Source: Hyphochytrium catenoides (taxonomy: Eukaryota > Protista > Hyphochytriomycota). From it: a stretch of 48,094 nucleotides of DNA. Location of the stretch: positions 1 through 48,094 of the forward strand of contig FLMG01004216.1 of assembly GCA_900088475.1 (NCBI GenBank), given 5' to 3'. Every line of letters begins with the position of its first letter. Positions within the stretch are counted from its first letter, which is position 1. The notes under the pieces were generated by a model that was not told where the DNA came from, made no database searches, and saw only the letters and a program-made list of their open reading frames with translations. A program made the position numbers and the translations under genes. Below are positions 8,215 through 21,271 of the stretch, one piece after another.

Positions 8215-11200
8215 ATGGGGGAAGAAGGAGTGTGCCCCGTTGAACGTCAACCGGCCTTGAATGTTCTGCCGGAACTTTTACGCTTAAAGGAGCAGGTCCT
8301 TGCGCTGGAGCGGCGTCTGCAGGCCGTACAACAGCAAGGGAAGAAAGAAGAAGACAGTGCCCTTGTACTACGTCTTCCTGACCCAATCGCAGGACATCCG
8401 CTCCCATCAGCGGCACTACCTCCGTCAGAGACTCCTGAGAGTAAGGAACACTCCACGTCGGGGGATGCCGCTGAGAGCAGAAGAGAGGAAGAGAATGGGA
8501 AGGATGAAGAGAAGGTCCCTGAAATTATTCCTGCGTCCGATGTCTCTGATCAGCAGCATGCGCCACCCACCGTCCTCAGCCCTTCAATCAGCCCGAATGA
8601 GGAACAAAGCAAGCGCTTTCGCAGGAGACTGGCCTCCGACTTGAAGATAGAGACTTCTCCATCTTTCTCCGCAGCTGCTCTCATGAACGAAGAAGAGACA
8701 GTAAGAGGACATACTCCGACCCTTTCTCTCTCACCTTCTTCTCTCACACTGCCTCCGGAGCTGCAGCCACACCCGTCTCTCCTCTCGGGCCCACTCAGTG
8801 GGAGAAAGCTCCTTCGCCCCACCACTCCCAAATCCCGGACTCCCCGGAACCGCTTGCCATCCACGCAGCTGCCTCCCCTTCCCCCATCATCTCCATCCAT
8901 GCTGCGAGAAAGACTAAGCGTGTTCTCCAAAGAGAGCTCTCCAAACAAGCGCAAGCACCAAGAAGCAGAGATGGAAAGCCTGAGCAGCACTTTGACTACT
9001 CCTGAGCCTTCGCCTAGAATCTCGACCACCCCAGAAGGAAAGCCCTTCATCACACCAGAGCCAGCCGATGGTAGAGCACTAGAGCGTTGATTCTATTCTC
9101 CTTTCCACTCTCTTCACTGTGCTCCTGACACACTCCTCTCTCTACTTTGCATCACTAATGACAGCGTCATCGTGTCTCTAGCAATCAACTTTCTCCCACT
9201 CCTCTGCTGCGTGAAGCCAAGCCCACTTTCTGCGGGGTATCGGGACTTCTTCCTGGAAGCTCCTGTCCCTTGGCAGTATACGGGCGGTCTTTATGCCCTT
9301 ATTTTGGTGATATCTTTCCGTGTCGTGTCTGGCCATTCTTCTGAAGTGGTTGTGCTCTGACATTGCTGCTTGGCCTCTGTCTTCCCACTCTAACGTTCTC
9401 CCTTTCTCCTCAGAGTACACTAGACGTGGCAGGTTCAAGCGTCGTCGAAAGGAGTTTACGCTGAAAGACTACTTTATGTCCGAGCTACTGGGTGTGCAGG
9501 ACCTCAGTAATGCGGAGGCGTTCCGCTATGAAAGGGTGCAGAACTTTTTCCATGTGCCCCTTAAGCTAGAGAAGGTGAAGATCCCTTCAATATCTCTGCA
9601 ACCGTCACCCAGCGTTTCCTCCCCTTGGTTGATCCTTCTTTTCCATCTCATTCTTTCTCTCGCCTCCTCTTCTTTGGTTTCTTTCCGCTTCCCTTCTTCA
9701 ACCGTCACCCAGCCTTTCCTCTTTCGGTTGATCCTTTTCTCCTATCTCTTTGTTTCTCTCGCCTTCCCTTCTTTGGTTTCTTTCCCTATTCTATCGCCTC
9801 TTTCTCTGGCAAAAGCCCTCTCTCCCTCCATCTATCTATCTATGAGACTCCATCTCCTATCCATAGTCAGTTTCACGCTGGACGTTCTCCTCTCTCGTTA
9901 TTAGCTTTCCGGCCTTGATTGTTGTTATTAGATTCCTCTCTCCTTGCGCTTAACGCCTTCTGAACACTGAACGACCCAGCTAACTTGAAGCCTTATACGT
10001 AATGACTCCCCTCTGTGCCCACATTATCACTTTTGTTACTCCAGCTGATTATCTACGGGTTCTTTGTCTCCTGTGACTGTTTCCTCTACGTCTTCACCTA
10101 CCTGCCTATTCGGATAGTGCTCGCAGCAGTCAAAATTTTAGGCAAACTACTATTTCCTAGGTAAAGTGAAGGAATTGCATGGAGAGCGCTATCACTTTTC
10201 GTTTGTAACGTGCTTCTTACTGCCTGTGTGGCTTACTGTGGGCTCTTTTGTCATTGTGTCGATGTGGTTCTCCGTCCTAATGCCAGACTTTGTTTGCTAT
10301 CTCAGGCACAGATGGTTTAGCTTCCACCGATCGCAAGCGTACGATCTGATGCGAGGCTTAATTCTTTTGGTGGTGTCCCTGGCTCTGCATGGGTTGGACA
10401 TGTCCCGCGTTTACCACTACATTAGGGGACAGGCAATGATAAAGCTCTACGTGCTCTCAGCCATGATTGAGGTAAGCCCCTTCGCCCCTTTCACGTCTGT
10501 AGGCTATTTTATCTCCTCCTTCCTCTCAGCCCGTGAGCCAGTGGTCTTTCCCTTCTCAATCAGTGCTGGCCAATGTCAATGTGGCCTCTCTGTAGAGGTT
10601 CACGACTTACCCTCTCCCACCCTCTATTGGTATAGATCTTCGACAAGTTGGGCAGCTCTCTGGGCCAAGACATATTGGACGGTCTCTATTGGACTACTAG
10701 GCTACAGCCATACGCTAGGAGGATTGTGATTGACTTTATCGTCGCAGCAATCTTTGTCCATATCCTTTCAAACAGCAATACTTGGGATAAGTCACGAGGA
10801 AGGGTGGGGGAGAGAGAGAGAGAGATTGAATCTAGATGTCTTCTGTTAGGATCAGCGTTCCAGCTACCACCTGGTCCTTCCTTAACTCCAGCTTTCGCCT
10901 TCTCTTACTGCTCCACGCCATGCTTCTGTTCTGTCAACTTGTCACTGTCAACATAGCCATCAACTCTTCCAATAGCGCTCTCCTTACCCTACTCATCTCT
11001 AACAATTTTGCGGAGCTTAAGGTAAGAAATTTTGCCACTCTCTAATGTTTCTGCCTTTCATTAGAAGCTCATCTCCTACTTATCTTCTTTGTTTCGTGCC
11101 GTTCTTGGACCTTGTGACGTAGACCGTGGTCTTCAAGAAGTTTGAAGAGCAGAACTTATTCCAAATCTCATGCAGCGGTAGGCTCGACGATACCATGCCA

Positions 11201-12367
11201 TTCATAGTAAATCCGCTCTCTAAAGCATGGATATAACGGCTAAGCCACCTCCTCTTTGTTGGTCTTCTCCTCTTTTCTAGATATTGTCGAGCGCTTCAAG
11301 TTGTCCCTCTTTACTGGGCTAATCATCCTGCAGACGCTGGCGAATGACAGCAACGCAGAGCACTTGGAAGGGGTACTGCAAGGATCTGTAAGGCAGAAAT
11401 TTGAACCTTATAAATGATCCTCTTCAGTACCACATGGCAGCTTCCACTCATTCACGTTCCTTTCCTTTCGTACCCAGCATACTCCCTGCCTTCAAAGTGT
11501 CTATCTCACATAACGGTCTGCAGTTGCTCATGATGCTAGCAGAGGTGCTGGTTGACTGGATCAAGCATGCCTTTATCTCCAAGTTCAATAGAATAGATGC
11601 AGACGTCTACTCAAAATATGTCACGGTGCTCAGTAGAGACCTCACATTATGCAGGAAAGAAAACGTGAGTTCATATGCGACTAGCAGTGGTTCTTATCCA
11701 CGCCTCTAAACGGGGCGCTTTGCAGGTGATCCTAGACCACACACATGCGGCAGCTAGGCGCCTGGGCCTCTCGTCCTTGCCTCTGGCTTGCGTGGTAAGC
11801 TCAATGGAAGCGTTTTGGCTGTAAAAAGTCCCAAGGACGAGGGTAAAGGAGTTTGGGAGATGGACATAATGGGATTCGAAGCAAAGAGAACCGTCTAACT
11901 TCCTTCTCAAAGGTTATTCGCATGGTGTCAATGTGCACCTCTTCCCTCTCCATCTCTTTCATCACCTATCAAGGTGCTCTCGTCGCCATCTTAGCCTTTC
12001 TTTGTCTCGTGGCTCTCAAGGTAAGTTGTTTAATTCGTCGGGCATCATCGGTGGACACGACCTCTTATCTTTTTGGCGTTCTTCTCCAGGTCCTGAACAG
12101 TATTCTCCTGATGTCTCATGCTTGCCGCTTTGGATTTATTATTCCTGAAGTTCCAGCTGAGCCGGGGGCAGAGGTAAGACGTAGAAACGTATGAACAAAA
12201 TATCATTCTTTCTGACGATGCTGCCTTGCCCCTTATGTATCTCTTTCCACCATCTCTTCTCGGTTGCGGTCTTCTTGCCGCTCTCTTTGTTTGATGTGCA
12301 GGCGCAGAAGCTGGACCAATTGGTGAACATAGAGCGGTACAGCCTCTTTAAGAAAGAAATTGTCTAG
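8215..12367 (+). CDS. TAPT1: TAPT1/Emp65/POD1 (DUF747) ER multi-pass membrane protein, ~13 exons, with a long low-complexity N-terminus
   Basis: Spliced motifs: ERVQNFFHVPLKLEKLIIYGFFVSCDCFLYVFTYLPIR, DMSRVYHYIRGQAMIKLYV, IFDKLGSSLGQDILD, NSALLTLLISNNFAELKTVVFKKF, DIVERFKL, EVLVDWIKHAFISKFN and C-terminal IERYSLFKKEIV*. The exon 1 start and intron 1 structure are less certain. Confidence 0.93.
10760..10908 (+). other. U12-type (minor spliceosome) AT-AC intron in TAPT1
   Basis: 5' site ATATCCTTT at 10760, branch site TTCCTTAAC at 10878-10886, terminal AC at 10907-10908. Removal restores ...AAIFV-LLHAMLL... in frame. Confidence 0.92.
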
Positions 12368-12745
12368 CCATATTTGTCGCACATTAGCAGCAGAATCAGT
12401 GGGACTAGGGAGAGTCTATGGAACTATTTATTAGGAAGAAAGGGTCGATAATAAGGGAGGTTAGAATACTTAGAGCCTTTCAACGTGGACTCTGTGGGGA
12501 ACCGACCTCGACCATCAGCCGTGGCGAGGTGCCACAGAGGAGGTCGACATTTGGATGGGCCGCTTGAAACCAAGTGGGGAACAGGGTAACAGTGGCGAGA
12601 AAACTGGACGACTGTAAAATCGCTTCTCCTGACTTAGGGAGCGACAATAGAGGAGAGTCTAACCTCTCCACAAGGAGAATCTGAGGCATATGCCAGAAGA
12701 TCCCTGATAGAAATAGCCCTGTGTTGCCTTGCTACTCGAGCAGTC

Positions 12746-14250
12746 CTAAGATGGGCGGAAGCGATTTCCTTTCTTCGCTTCTTCCACTAGCCAACTAATG
12801 CCTTCCTCGATGCCATCACTGCGACAGGATGGTAAGGCGTAGGGACACAGTTAGGCTAAGTCCCGAGGACTGGTTCAATGACAAAAGTACTGCTGCTGTA
12901 CCATGTTAGGGCGCTAACTAGCTGCAGCTTGACTGGCTGTCCTGTCATCTTGGGGACGTCAAAGACCTGGGACATCTCGTCGTACTTCTTGGCGTGCTAA
13001 GGAAATCGGCACAACATAGTGAGACACATCAACGGGATAAAGTAAGCTAGTGTCAGGCGTGGCTAATGTGGGATGCCCGGTAGCTTACGTCGTAACGAGC
13101 ATGAAACTTACAGAGAGATCCTGTTTGTTCGCAAAAAGCAGTAACGGAATACCCTCTAGATCTTTGTGCTTGCGCAATCCCTCTAGGATAATGAACAGAT
13201 AATGAGCGTAAGCGAACCCTACGACGAACAGATGAAGGTTGAAGAGCAGCTAATCCAACCCACTCCGGCCCCACGAGCTGAGTGCAAACCGCACGAGTAA
13301 ACTAGGGCTTTCAACCTGTCCGTCAACAAGCAGCCAAAGAGAGAAAGGAGAAACGCAGAGTAAAGGAAGAGAGGAAGCCAGAGACCTCCCCAAGACGGGG
13401 AGGAACGTGATAGGTTGAGGAAGTCATCAGAGGGAATCCAACTCAACAAGAAGGAGAGAGAGACGACAGACAAAATGAGCAAAGTAGGAAGTGAAGGAGG
13501 GACACACAAGCTGAGATCAACGTCTAAGGGCTCCTTAGAGGCAGTACGCTACCAAGAGTGTCTTTAGCCTCTTGAAACCTATCTGGATCGGCTGCATCGA
13601 TGACGAAGAGTAATGCGTGTGCCTCGCTGTAGTACTTATCCCAGATAGACCTCAGTCGAGTCTAAAGGATGCGAGTCATTGGGTTTCTCATCGCATCCGA
13701 AGGAAAAAATCTGCCAGATGCAGCTCCTACCTGTCCTCCTAGGTCCCAGAATATGATCCTGCAGTTGTTGACATCGACCCTACCAACTGGCAAAGGCAAG
13801 CAGGATAAGGTCAGAGAGCATTTCCACCAGACTCCATTGACCTCTGCTCTACACTTACTGTTGAGACCCACAGTAGGAGGAATCTTGTTCAGGGGAATAA
13901 CGTCTGTCTTCTGGAACAAGCCCTTCATTTGCTCGAGCAAGGTCTATAGAGAGGGTAAAATGTTAAGGCGAAGAGATGGAGAGTTGGGGACAGACAGAAT
14001 GCCCGGCTAAGCCGACAGAGACAGAAACGGACTCAATGATCAGCCACAGCTGTAAGTGGGGAGCTGAAAGTTGGACTTTACCGTCTTCCCAGCATAGTCC
14101 AGACCAATGATCAGGACCTGGATCTCCTTCTTGGAGAATAAATATTGGAACAGGATCTGCAACAGGGAGAACTACGCGTGTCATGAGTCTCTGCTTTAGG
14201 ACCTGGGGGTTCACAGTCCTCAGAAGATACTATACGTAGTACTTACCATT
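12746..14250 (-). CDS. ARFRP1: ADP-ribosylation factor-related protein 1 (ARFRP1, yeast Arl3p), 8 coding exons
   Basis: ATG-only first coding exon (14250-14248), then FSLLQILFQYLFSKKEIQVLIIGLDYAGKT|TLLEQMK...IPPTVGLN|IGRV...FWDLGGQ|TRLRSIWDKYYSEAHALLFVIDAAD...|...PLLLFANKQD...|...VSALT|CDGIEEGISWLV...*. No Gly2; the protein starts MF. Confidence 0.93.
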
Positions 14251-15118
14251 CCTGATCAAACAAAGGCCAAGGCGCTTGATTAGGCACTATCAAAGGTCGG
14301 TCTTTCTCTGACCGCTATCCATCTTCTACAGCCTAGTTGCTAGGTCTTTGAAGTCTAAGAGGGACCGAGAAAGACTCGTGAACTCCTGGCTAATTATCCC
14401 AAAATGAAGGCTGCTGACTGATAACAGCTCTGGACTGTCCAATAATGAGTCAATACCCTGCCAGTATAGAAAGCAGCTCCACATCTACTGGCAGAGCTCA
14501 TCATCGGCAACGGATGCATCTCCGTATTCTGAAGCTTCAACGTGCCTTCGGAACTTCATTACCGTCCCTCACAAACTGGAAACGCGATGATCGATGATCA
14601 ATCAGTCACGGGAATTTCATACCCATTCCCTTTTGTGATTCCTGCAATAATCAAATAGAATAACCTCAAGACAAATGAGAGATCAAAGCTATTTGATAAT
14701 CAACGATAACCGAGTACGTTTAGTTCTTGCAGGCGGGAGATCAACAGATCTGAATGACCAGCACAGATCTGCAGATTTGATGTCTGATGCTGCCAGATAA
14801 CAGATAATGCACTTGGCTCCGCGCCCTCGGATGATGAACCTCTTCAAGAGCGCCGGGCGCAAGGGTCTGTACGTGCACTAGTGCTGGACGTCTTTTATAG
14901 CTCGCTAGATATAGGCTGCGTCCTTGGTGGTCAGATGAGCATGGTTTTAGTGAGAGGATGCTGTGGAGAGGCACCCCATTAGGAGACCCGTCCAGCAGCT
15001 CAGTGGCAGACGACAGGGCCTAAGAGAGAGAGAAAGAGAGTATCCTACGTGCTTGTAGCTGCGCTTGGGCCCAATAGGTGACCCCGCCTGAAGGGGATCC
15101 GCTCACAAGTAAAGCAAA

Positions 15119-18100
15119 ATGAAGGATACTGGCTTGGGTGCGGCGTTTGTCCTATTCGGAGTCATCTTCCACGCTTGCTATGTCTTCAGCATCTTCGACA
15201 TCTACTTTAAGTCCCCTATAGTACACGGCATGCAGCCTGTCAAGGTCGCCGCAGAAGCTCCAGCCAAGAGGGTCGTCTTCTTTGTGGCAGATGGACTGCG
15301 GGCAGACCGCTTCTTTGAGATGAATGATTCTTACGCGGCGGAAGGTCGAGAGCGACTGCTTAAAAACCTAGGTCTTGCCAAGGACGCGAGAAAGTGAGAG
15401 AACTTAACCCAATGCTCCTTCTCTAATGTCCTTTCTCTTCCTCCTGTCGACAACAGGCGCTTAAATTCTCTTTCCCTCTAAGTCGGCCTTGCAGGCTCTC
15501 ATCAATTGATTTATCTCTCTCTTTGCTTATGTCTGCCACCTTTGCCCAACCCCTCCACTCAGCAGCTACCCTGTAAGCGCCACCCAAGTCCCCACTCGCG
15601 CCCCATACTTGCGCTATATCATGGAAAACGTGGGGAGCTGGGGCGTCTCACACACGCGCGTCCCTACCGAGTCACGGCCAGGTAAGCAAAACGCCTACCA
15701 CCTACGAAGGAAGGAAGAGAGAGAGAAAGAACGAAAGAAAGAGAGAGAGGAGGCCCGGGGCCAAACATTGAGGCGCCAGGGAACGGAAGAATAGGATGGC
15801 TTTGACTGAGAATGAAAGGAGGGATGCAGAGGTTGGTAGGAATCAGGACGTTGTGATGGAGGCACAAATATGTCTCCCGAACTAACTCATGGGCCCGCCA
15901 AGGCCATGTTGCCATTTTTGCCGGTATGTATGAGGATGTTAGCGCCGTCACGAAGGGGTGGACAGCCAACCCCGTACAATATGACTCAGGTAGTTATACT
16001 AGACCTGACCGGATGCCAGGGATGTGCATTTCCTTGCACGACCTTCTTTTCTCTTCCTTGCCTCCGTGCTTGTCGGTATGTCGAACAAGTCTGCATGCTC
16101 CACTATGCGACTCTCTACCACAGCCTTCTTTCCTCGTCCGCTATTCTTTCTCAGTATCAGAGCGGCTCTTCCTGAGGTCTTGCTTTGCTTCACTTCTGCT
16201 CCCCAGCTTCAATGTACCACTAACGCATGCATGCTTAGTCTTCAACCAGAGTGTTCACTCTTGGCTCTTCGGGTCCCCCGACATCGTGCCAATGTTCGCG
16301 CAGTACCCACACATCGAGGAGCATCATTACTCGGCGGAGGAGGAAGACTTTGCTTCGGAAGATGGTGCTAAACGTTCTCTCGCCTCGGCTTATGCCTTGT
16401 TCTCTATCTCCTGCCTTCAGGATCTCTACCCATCTCCTGTGGTTAACCCTCTGCCATCGTTTTCTAGCCGTCTGCCTAAGCTCTTGTGAAACATATGTGG
16501 TCATCGAGTCTTACTGTTTGGCAGCCTCTCTATTGGACGTCTGGGTCTTCCGACATGTGTTAGATATGTTCAAGAGTGCCAGGACGAATCAAACCCTGAA
16601 CAATGTGAGACAAGGAAGCTCCTCTTTTCGCCTGTGCCCATGCTTAAGCAATCACCTTCTCTTTCTTCCGCTCTAGCTCTTGCGACAGCGACGAGTAATT
16701 ATCTTCTTGCACCTGCTGGGTATTGACTCCAACGGCCATGGACACCGACCACACTCTCGTGAGTACCTCTCGAACATCGGACTTATTGACAGAGGCATAG
16801 AGGAGGTACACCCTTGAATCTCCCCATCTGCCAGGGTCTCCCTTCCTCTAACCGCTCCATCTTCCTATACGTTCGTGCCACGGGTATAGATATGCCGTGT
16901 TGTCGATGACTTCTATGGCGATGGAGGCACGTCATATCTTTTCACGGCAGATCATGGTCAGAAGGCGCTTTATGCCAGCATGCTATCCATCGTTCCTTAC
17001 CTAAGTCATATAGGAATGCACGCGAAAGGCTCTCATGGTGACGGCGATCCCACCAATACGCGGACGCCGTTTTTAGGCTGGGGCGCTGGGATCCGGAGTC
17101 CAGAGCATTTTGCGTCCTTAGGAGACGACGCAGATGAAGGGAACCCGTCAAGCGACAGCGTGGCAGCTCAGGTCAGAACCTTAGGGCAGAAGCACAGATG
17201 TCAGGACTAGTTAGAGGAGTTGCGAATGACGAAGCCGTCGAGTCGATGAAACTCTTAGTGTGCGAAATAGAGGCAATGGGTGCATTACAGCTGTTGTGTT
17301 GCCAGCCCGGTCCCTCCTCTTTCTGATTTCAATCCCCTTACCCTATCGCTCTTGCAGTATGATCCTGATTCAGAGGCTGCCGCTGCTGCGTCTTGGGGCC
17401 TATCTCATCTCCGCCGACGCGATGTTATGCAGGCAGACCTGGCACCTCTCATCGCGGGGCTCCTTGGACTTAACTTTCCTATGAACTCTGTGGGCTCCTT
17501 GCCTCTTTGTAAGTTCATTGGTGTGCCTGGGAAAAGTTAGCGTGCCCATTTGCTTTGGCTTTCCCAGTACGTCTTTCTTCTCTTACCTTCTTTGTCCATC
17601 AATTCTGACAGCTTCATGTTCTTTTAGTCATGTCGCTCTCCTTCCTTGGCAGCTGTCTTGAATGCAGGTCCACACAGAGCACAATCAGTGGCAGCAAATG
17701 CAGAACAGCTTCTTCATATCGGTAATTGGCGCAGCTAACTACTCTCATGTGCCTTTACTCCATCGCATTCCCTCTGTCTAACTCTTTCTTGCTGTCTCGT
17801 CCCTCCAAAAGTCGAGCGTAAATCAAGTATCAAGCAGTTGTCTACTTTCTACTTCCGTCCCTATCCACAGCTGCAGGAGGCAAAGCAGCTGATGCATCAG
17901 ATAAAGGTTGACTTGGTTGAAGGAAGGCTAAGAGTACGTCACTAGCATGGGTCTTGATAGCCTTTCTCCTCAACAGTACCTGGTTTAGGCATTTCTACAT
18001 AGATCTCTCCTTCCATCCTCCTCGGCCCTGATCACGTAGTATCGTCCTCTCTATTTACGTTGCCATTGAGGGTCCTCAAGAAGTTCTTGTTATTTGTGCC

Positions 18101-20772
18101 TACTTATTATGTATCTTGACGATGCCTCGGCGTGAGCTCAAGTTCTATTTTGGCCTTGGTGGTGCTGACAGGAAGCGGAGCGGGAGAGCCATAGAGTCAT
18201 CCGGCTTTCGCTCCAGGGGTTGGACTACTTCCAGAAGTACGACTGGCACTTTCTGATGGCAGTCGTTGTCCTCGGATACGGAGGATGGATTGCTCTTCTG
18301 GTCTTCCTTCTCTCTCTTCCTTCGTTCTCATCGAAGGACTTGATGCGACTCTTCCCAGTGAGCTCCCTGCTGGGGATTGGCGCGATGTACTTTGTCTTCG
18401 CCATGTACCTTGCCTTGCAACACTCTCCGGCTAGTTACTATGCCTATACGTTTTTTCCCATCCTTTATTGGGGACTTCTGGCGCAGCATGTCTCCACTGT
18501 CCGCGGAATATGCCGCCAGGCATTGACAGTGAAAAACGCACTCTCTCTCGTGTTGCTCATAGTTTCTCTGGAAATTATTGTCGTTGGGTTCAGTCAAAGG
18601 TAAGGTGGCAAAGTTCGTTTTTTCGCAAATTGTTCTGATCTAACGTATCGCCTCATTGCCCTGCGGGTTGTCACTGTCTGCCTGTGTAGAGAGGTTTTCT
18701 CTCTCCTTTTCGTAGCGATGTCAGTATGGCCTTGGGGTTATCCCTTTCCGGCGCAGCTACGTCGATTCAGTTACTCGTCGTCCTTTATTAGAGGTGCGTT
18801 CAATCTGTGTCTTATCCTCCTTCTCTCCTTTACAACGTGCTTTGCATTGGCACAAGAGCATTCTTTGTTATCAGATTCTGCCCGTAACCTTGGAACACTG
18901 GTGTGGGCCTAGCCTAAGAGCTTGATAGCACTTTGACTGTCTTCATTCGTGGACTTTGAGTGTCTTCATTATTCGGCCGACTTATCTATGTTTGTCCCGC
19001 GTCCTACTGGCCTGTCTGCCTTGAAAGCGGTGGTGCTACTTCTTCAATCAACATCGGGATCGTAGCTTCGCAAGTTTCTTCTCATTCTCCATTTTGTACC
19101 ATTGATAGGATGCTGGTCGCTGACTTGTTTAGCGTTGGCCGTGTTCCCTCTCTTGCCTGCGGATTACGGTGAGAATACTCCCGTAGTCATGCTTGGTGGG
19201 GTGCTCACCTTGGCAATTCTATTCTTCGACCGATCGCCAAGGTTCTCTCCACTTCTCTACAGTCAGGTATGCCAGAGAGTAGGTCCAATGCCGTCTTTTA
19301 CGGTTTCGTTGCAAAGGCGTGCCCATTCAGTGTCGCCGCTCTTCCTCGTTGTTGTGCATGCTTTTTTTGGCTCCTTCGCTGATCAACGGAGATTTGAGTT
19401 CAATAGTTCTCTACTTGCTCAGCGAATCTGTAGTCTTTCCGTGTGCAGGACTGTCGTTTCCCTGTTCTCTCTCTATATATAAATCTCTATCCGGCGTTCA
19501 TTCGTTTCTCTGTTTCCGAACAGGTCATTCTGGTTGCCATATCTATGGCACTCACCTGGTGGACGCAGCAACAGTTGGACCTCAAACGGGGCCTCTCTCC
19601 CACTCAACAGGCCCTCAATATCATCTTCTCACTCCTTCCTCTCGCTCTTCCCCTATTCTCCTCTCAAATGCCTCTTCACCGTCTCATGAGCGTCTCTTTG
19701 GGTTGGGCCCCATTCTTCATTTTGATGAGTATCAACTATGAGGTGCTCTTCTACGCCTGTCTATCAGTAGCCATCGTCCTCTGGCTGATCTTAGAGAGCA
19801 TCTTTCAAGAGTTGGGGCTAGAGAGAGAGGCAGAAGGCAGAGGGGAGATGCGTATGGCTTTCTTTTTCCTTCTATTCACTGATATTGGCTTCTTCGGTAC
19901 CGGAAACATTGCCAGCATGAGCTCTTTCCACATCTCCTCCACGTAAGACAGAAGGCTCCTCTCGTTCTCTACGGTATCTTCACATTAGTTACCGGAGAGC
20001 TTACGAATTGGCTTTAGACGCTAAACTCTCCTTTCTGCACCTCCGGATCCTTCTTTTCTCGCTCTAAGGACTGTCAGTCCTTGGCCTTTCTAACGTCCAC
20101 GTTCTGCCCATTGCTCTTGACAGCTACCGTTTCTGCACTACGTTCGCCCCATTCCTGATGGGCGCGCTGCTGATCGGCAAAATACTGATACCACTGGCCA
20201 CAGTCTCAACCGGGTACAGTCTGATCACTAGAGTTCTAGGAAAAGAACCGTTCAGGTGCCCATCTCTTTCCCTGTCCTTCATAGCATTATAGACCGATGG
20301 AGCGGCAGCCCGTCATCGACTTCTCATCTATGTGCTTCCTGTTTGTCCTTTAGTATACAACGACAGGCTTCTACGTTTTCGGTTCTATGTCACCTTCCCC
20401 ATCAAAGAGGTCTAATGGTGGTAGCTTGATTGATGGACTGACCTGGAGAGTAATTAATGTGTCATCCTCCTTAATCGCCCTTCTGCTGATGCCTCTGTGC
20501 TCTATCCGACAGACACTATCGAGCGGTTCTCACCATTATTTGTTTACCTTCTTCCAATCCTTGTTAGGCTGTTCCTGGTGGTGTTGGCAATGAGCGACCT
20601 TCTGTCCATCCATTTCTTTTTCCTGGTCCGGGACCAAGGCAGCTGGAAGGAGATCGGGAACAGCATCTCCATGTTTGGCATTGTCAACGCCCAAATTGTT
20701 TTCATCCCGTTAATGTTCTTTATCGCGAACATCTACACCGCTGGAGCCATCGCCAGAAAAGAGAAGCGATAA
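15119..20772 (+). CDS. PIGN: GPI ethanolamine phosphate transferase 1 (PIG-N/Mcd4), multi-exon
   Basis: [82 protein letters not shown]...[41 protein letters not shown]. The first intron junction is ambiguous. Confidence 0.96.
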
Positions 20773-21271
20773 GAAAGGGCCACGAGGTGAGAACTTTCTC
20801 TGCACTCGCTGTACGGGAGCTTGTGGGATGCCCTTCGTCCATCCACTAGGAGGAGGCTCAGTTCCGGCCAAAAGATGTGCATATGGACAGGACGATGTAG
20901 GGACTGGTCTGCTATGAGCGGGAGGCTCAAGGAGACTTTTATCAACAGCATGGGAACGCCATAGTGCGAGCGATATCTAGCCCTTTTGCTCAGATGACCT
21001 AGTGTCTTTTTGTGACGTCTTCTTCGTGGGCTGTATGCTTAGTACTTACATCCAAGCACTCTAACGCGAGAAAGTGTATAAGGAGAGATATCTCAGGAGA
21101 ATGGATATGGCGAAGTCTGCGCCAGGAGAGAGGAAGAGAGAGTGGGCACTCTAAGAAACGGTAGTTCTCTCCTCTCTTAACGGATAATCAGGGGTGTGTT
21201 TAGACACTGCGAGCTGCTCTGTGTCTCTCTACGTCTAATGAATAAATAGTGCACAAGAATGAAGCGCCAGA

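Noticed and set aside
9164-9360. Possible extra exon or snoRNA in TAPT1 intron 1
   Set aside because: No convincing phase-compatible acceptor/donor pair without a stop, and no canonical C/D box pair.
7626-14608. Shared 11-mer TCAATCAGTCA in two divergent intergenic regions (7626-7636 reverse, 14598-14608)
   Set aside because: One 11-bp match between two ~850-bp regions on both strands has an expected count of about 0.3 by chance.
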